A DNA stretch of 63,533 bases, the filler included, from Globobulimina sp. (lineage: Eukaryota): the NCBI GenBank assembly GCA_003354225.1. It is 37 parts of 37 records of this genome, joined end to end, with 100 filler letters (N's around TTAATTAATTAA, not from the genome) between each part and the next. Parts side by side here need not be neighbours in the genome. Positions count along the whole stretch, not along the records: positions 58,480 to 60,097 come from PIVH01014036.1; positions 60,198 to 61,815 come from PIVH01014037.1; positions 61,916 to 63,533 come from PIVH01014038.1; 34 more parts are not named here. One strand, written 5' to 3'. Position numbers and translations under genes: made by a program. The first letter of the stretch is position 1. The number at the start of each line of letters is the position of its first letter. Under the pieces are notes generated by a model. The model ran no database searches. It saw nothing but the letters and a program-made list of their open reading frames with translations, and was not told where the DNA came from. Of this stretch, positions 58,480 through 63,533 are shown piece after piece.

Positions 58480-59993
58480 TTTTGCTGAGCTTGCAGCTTC
58501 ATCTCTTTCCCGATCATATACAATGTGTGTTCATGCAGCGTCATATAGCGAGCACCATTAAATTCTTGTTTATGTTGTATAATGTTGGAGATTGAGGTCA
58601 AATGCAAGTTATTACTCATTTCACTTTGCGTATTGTACAACGTATCATAGGTATTCTGTGATAATACCATTAAAGGATCGTGCCTTCCAACCATAGACAG
58701 GATCTGATCCCAAAACAAACCCAAATCCATCCACGGCCTACAATTCTTAATGGCTTTGGCCAAACATATCATTAATCGCACTCTCTGCATGCGGTTGTTT
58801 AGCGAGGGTTGGTTATCAATCATATTTGCTTCATTTTGAATATTATTTGCTGCCGCAGCCGGATTGTTCGCTGCGTTTGCATCGTCGCCTTCGTTTGCTA
58901 CATTTTGCGCATTCCGCATAGCGGGATCGTCCACGTTCTCCTTATTGTCGTCCATGACCACATCAAGCGGTGCTTGAGGCAGTTGTGGCGCACTGATATG
59001 ACCCGCTTGAATACCTAACTCATTTAAGAAGAATGTCAATTGTTGCAACTGCTGAATATGATAATACTTATTATGCGTAGATATCACGCCATATAGCTCC
59101 AATTTATGTAGATATTGTAATTTCTGCACAGTAAAATAGATTGGTTTTGGTGATAACCGATAACAGTTTGTCAGTTTTAATATGCGTAAATAGGGACATT
59201 TACTGGTAATAAATATTAATGATTGGTCGGTTAAAGCACTGCAATTTTCTAAATTTATCTGTAAAACGTGATTGAATCTGTTGCATTGGTCGTTTATTAG
59301 TATATGTTTTAATAAGTAATCATGCGAACCAGCACTGTATGCGGATAAGTTAAGGCGTCGCCATAAAATTGGTTGATACGAGCATTGTTTCCATTGCGTA
59401 CATACTACGGATATGGTGGTTAAATCTGCATTGTTTAGAAATGATAAGCAATATAGGAATAAGTCTTCGTTCAAATGGATATAGAATTCTGTGCATTTAT
59501 AAGTGCGTATGTAAGGTTTCTGATATATGTGCAAAACTAAACTGGTTTTGTCCTGTTGTTTGGGGTTTTTTAAGGGCGACGGAAAAGCTTTCAGTGCCAC
59601 CAATGCTGAGTCGCGAGCTGGTGGCACTAAATACGGCCGGTCGTTATTGTTGTTATTGCTGTTATTTATGGGATTTACGTGGTGATATTGTGGATGCTGT
59701 AAATTTTTTAATGAAAAGTCAGAGTCAAGTTGTTGATAATTGTCGTTATTATCTTGTTTTTTTATTTTGCTTTTTTTTTTAGATTTTATGGACGATGCTT
59801 GTGGTTGCTGGATATCGTTGATGTTGTTATTGTTATTGATTTCATCGTACTTATTTTCATCATTTAATGTGCCCCACGGGTTTTCATCATCATTGTTTGG
59901 TTGTTTTGCTTCTTCTTCGTTGAGTAATGGATTATGGTCACCGTTGCCTAAACCTTTTGCTTTTGCTAACCAAGTCCTCATTTTAACTGACAT
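58480..59993 (-). CDS. F-box/LRR protein (3'-partial)
   Basis: LNEDLFLYCLSFL...ISVVCTQWKQ...ILWRRLNL F-box; LENCSALTD and LTNCYRLS Cys-containing LRRs. Confidence 0.85.
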
Positions 59994-60520
59994 TCATCAA
60001 AACAGCAAAAAATAAGGTGAAAAACCTGACTTTTGAATTTTATATGGCACTCAAACACAAAAAGCAGAATAAACGGCAAATAAAAGAGGAGAAGTATNNN
60101 NNNNNNNNNNNNNNNNNNNNNNNNNNNNNNNNNNNNNNNNNTTAATTAATTAANNNNNNNNNNNNNNNNNNNNNNNNNNNNNNNNNNNNNNNNNNNNTGC
60201 ACTTATTTTACATTAAATTTAATTTTTGTACTAGTGCTAAAACACAAAAAGCAAACTAAAACACAATAAGTCTTTAATTAATTATATACAAAAATTAATG
60301 TGTTTTTTTCGAATTCAATTCTCCGACTCGGCCACAGGCCAACTTATACAATTTATTGTCAGTCACATTTTATACTAAATATCGACACATTTTATACTAA
60401 ATAAATTAAACAATTAGAAGTACTGTACAATATGCAACAAAACACTAATTAAACAGCTGTACAATATGCAACAAAACAAAACAAAACAAAACAAACAAAA
60501 ATTAATGTACACATTTTATA

Positions 60521-61372
60521 TTAACGTAGTTGAAAAACTTCAACTTCTTTCAAATTAAAATAACAATTGCCCCTGCCGGTATCCATAGACGTATCGAAAA
60601 CCGGTCCTCCGCATAACTCATTGCCCACAAAATCCATTGTTCTGGACGCAGCACACAGGATGGAATGAGGATCGCCATATATCCATCCCTTTAATGACCG
60701 ATCTACTTTGCTACTGCTGCCAATACAAACGTCTGTTACAAAAATCTTCCCTCCTTTTTTGATTGAAAACACAGCTTTAAATGACTTTACTTGCTTGTTT
60801 AGCTTTGGTTTAATAATTCGGGGCTTTCTTCCAAATGATGATCTCAATAAAAGCAAAGCAATATCTTTGTCTTCAGGTACGCTCTTCATAAACCACACGC
60901 AGTATAGCTCTGTGAATGGATTCCTTAAATATACACAAAAAACATGATTATAATTTGTGTGGAATATCATTATCAAATTTGGTTTCTCTTTGCATTTAAA
61001 AATCATTTTGGCATTGCAGTGCAGTCCATCTTCATTGTCAATTGACGAACGATATAATAAATCAAAATATGCAAAACGTTTTTGATTTGTCAATGATGAT
61101 TTTATGTTTCTATCAAAATGATGTGTTCTCAACAAATTATATAAAATGTATGACTCATTTTTATTTCTATTTAAGATGCTCGATTCGATGACAAATCCAA
61201 TATATTGCATGCAGATTAATATCAATTCATTTGGTACTGTTTTATTACATTTACTTGCTGCATTTATAATTGCTTTCGCCATATAGGATGATGCCAGTTT
61301 TCCACCCCAAAATATAGGCAATACAGTTGAGGTAGGTTGTATGTTCTGGCTACGAGGAAAAACAGCACCCAT
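60521..61372 (-). CDS. TLDc-domain protein
   Basis: LLYRSSID...CKEKPNLIMIFHTNYNHVF...FNLKEVEVFQL. Confidence 0.75.
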   Translation of the reverse strand: MGAVFPRSQNIQPTSTVLPIFWGGKLASSYMAKAIINAASKCNKTVPNELILICMQYIGFVIESSILNRNKNESYILYNLLRTHHFDRNIKSSLTNQKRFAYFDLLYRSSIDNEDGLHCNAKMIFKCKEKPNLIMIFHTNYNHVFCVYLRNPFTELYCVWFMKSVPEDKDIALLLLRSSFGRKPRIIKPKLNKQVKSFKAVFSIKKGGKIFVTDVCIGSSSKVDRSLKGWIYGDPHSILCAASRTMDFVGNELCGGPVFDTSMDTGRGNCYFNLKEVEVFQLR

Positions 61373-61526
61373 CGATATCACAGGAGTGTAAATTTTAATA
61401 AATTTTTTTACATATATCAGGTAACTATGAGTGATGTTTTTTTTGTGGCACCCATGATCCGTGATAGCTACTCACGAGACTGTTATAAAGATTTTCAGCA
61501 CTTCGGTATTAAACTTAAAGTTGTTA

Positions 61527-61815
61527 ATGGCGACCAGAAAGAGACCATTCAAAGAAACAAATGACATTAATTTGGTAAATCAAGACTCTAAACGACAAAA
61601 ATTAAATAACTCCACTTGTCGAGACAGTGACATTATTGTCTTAGGTGATGTCGGCGCTTTTGATATTTTGGATAAATTTCGAAGCGATCATTCAGATAAA
61701 TTCCCGACATTAGGCAGCATAGAAAAGTTATTCAATATCAGCAAGATTGAAGCAAAGAAATTGACGTTGAGATATTTTGCAACTCGCCAACGTGAGAAGG
61801 AATATATTTTGATGG
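61527..61815 (+). CDS. Hypothetical protein N-terminus (3'-partial)
   Basis: MATRKRPF...SKRQKL bipartite NLS-like start; open to the contig end. Confidence 0.5.
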
Positions 61816-61915
61816 NNNNNNNNNNNNNNNNNNNNNNNNNNNNNNNNNNNNNNNNNNNNTTAATTAATTAANNNNNNNNNNNNNNNNNNNNNNNNNNNNN
61901 NNNNNNNNNNNNNNN

Positions 61916-63533
61916 TCGACACTGTGATTAATAAGCGGCCATCGGCCAATTCTCGAATATGCGAATCCTTTTTAGTTTGTTTATCGAGTCCGGTTTCCTT
62001 CCTCTTTTTGTGTTTCAGCATCAATCGATTCGCCTCATACTCGGAAATCAACTGCTTTTTCACCGCCTTCTTGGAGCTCAAATCGGTGATATTATCTCGA
62101 CCGTCGATCCGCATTCGAACTGATTGCATATCGCTCAGTTTTGTGCCTTTCCCACTTTTTTTACTCTGCATTCGCGAACTTCGGAGTTGCTGAAACACGG
62201 TCAATTTGCCATCATCTTCATCGCTGTCAAACTCATTGTCATTAATCTGTGCTACGTTTGGTTGTAAGGGGTGGTCCGGCGGCAATTGCTCCAATTCCTT
62301 ATTCAATTTCTTTTCGTTTAATTTGTCCTCTCGCTGCAACTTTTTCTTCTTCTCCCTCCGATTTCGAATATAATCGGCCCGCTTTCGTAGATATTTGACC
62401 AATCTCTCAAATCTATGCGGAACTAATTTGAGGATCTTTTCATAGCCAAACCGCTTCAACAACAAATCCATACATTTATTGATCTTCACTTTGAATTTGT
62501 GCTTACAATCCGCCTTCATCCACGACAGCAAACTCGCCACTAAATCCATCAAATTGTGCTCCAAAACGGCGTCCGGCAGCTCCTGAATCACAATCTGTAT
62601 GAAATCGAGCGAGGCTTTAATTACATTGTTGGCCGGATCCACAATGCGTAAACTGATGGTTTTCAGCAATTCGCTCAGAATTTGCGGCGAGATTCGAAGC
62701 TCGAACTGGACGATCAAATAAGTCAAACATAGGATGGTCGCACTTTGCATGACGCTGCTTTCAGACAAGACGCCCGCCAATAATTTGTAGATGAAATTAT
62801 TGAACAAATCACCCGAAATGTCCTCCAATCGCTGCGCAATTAATTCGATGATCTCCAGCGAGATTTTGCGCACTTTTAAGTTGGAAACGCCTGCATTTTG
62901 AATCAGTTCACCTATAAATCCGGGATAAATGTTCAAAAATGAAAGTTTATTTGCTTTCATATCGTCCATATTATTCACTGCGACGTCTTCTTGCATCTTA
63001 TTATCGACATCGTCGTCATCCTCATCCTTAACAAAGGCATTCGTATCTCGATCGATCTCATTCTGCGCCAAACAGTCAAATAAAGTATGAATGCAAAGCA
63101 AGCGTTGATATCTGGCGCCGATACACAATGTCTTTGTGTTTAATGTCAATAGGAATTGAATGAAATTATTTAATTGGATGCCATCCGATAATAAGACAGT
63201 TTCTTTGTAGTTTAAGAGAGTCAACAAATTCTTGTATAATAACTTTTGAATCAACGGCGATTGATCGGTTTTCATGAATTGTTGTTTTAAAAACGCCCAA
63301 AACTGTTCCAACAAATCAATGTCAACGCCGTGGATCATTTCATTCAATATCAACAAATACGCGGTTTCCTGATTTAATAAACTCTCATATTGCACCTTGA
63401 CCGCAGCCAACTTTTCATCCATTTCTGCCTTTTTTTTATCGCCATTATCAACGCTAAATTTCTCCATAATGTCCTTTCGCAGCAATAATAATTTAATGTC
63501 GTCCTCGAGACATTTGGTGATGGTACGTTTGAA
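61916..63533 (-). CDS. RRP12: RRP12-like HEAT-repeat ribosome biogenesis protein (internal/C-terminal fragment)
   Basis: LLAGVLSESSVMQSATI, VIKASLDFI, HKFKVKINKCMDLLLKRFGYE and DGRLLI. Confidence 0.85.

Noticed and set aside
1622..61915. Regularly spaced TTAATTAATTAA motif as a biological repeat or array
   Set aside because: It is embedded in fixed N-runs between length-sorted contigs and is an artificial six-frame-stop linker.
1..63533. Operon-like or gene-cluster interpretation of neighbouring genes across the window
   Set aside because: Contigs are ordered by length only, so adjacency across linkers carries no information.

Overview
This window is not one locus. It holds 37 unrelated contigs of about 1.62 kb each, sorted by decreasing length (1621 to 1618 bp) and joined by an artificial N44-TTAATTAATTAA-N44 linker, so adjacency across a linker carries no biological meaning. 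Most contigs come from an AT-rich, gene-dense microbial eukaryote with short GT-AG introns, Asn-rich proteins and flagellar genes (CFAP206, CCDC146). A foraminiferan or other rhizarian is my inference, not something the sequence proves. Several contigs look chimeric; one joins a bacterial pseudopilin fragment, a bacterial FdhF/YdeP fragment and a eukaryotic PSD gene, which suggests a whole-genome-amplified single-cell or metagenomic assembly. Recognisable genes include GNB1L/ASA1, a dual-specificity phosphatase, a PKDCC/VLK-like kinase, a B-type lectin, a 7TM-RGS protein, a MADS-box factor, a WWE-PARP, a PIG3-like oxidoreductase, syntaxin-16, CPSF30, a membrane alpha-carbonic anhydrase, an F-box/LRR protein, a TLDc protein and RRP12. 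The most notable non-routine signals are: (1) introns of two unrelated genes carrying clusters of the same palindrome AGTTT(G/C)AAACT; (2) two genes whose upstream DNA folds back into a slightly diverged inverted copy exactly at the contig end; (3) a 1.5-kb circular or tandem unit carrying a secreted-protein gene; (4) MITE-like elements; (5) protein motifs I cannot name that recur in unrelated genes. None of these is shown to be a new system from sequence alone.
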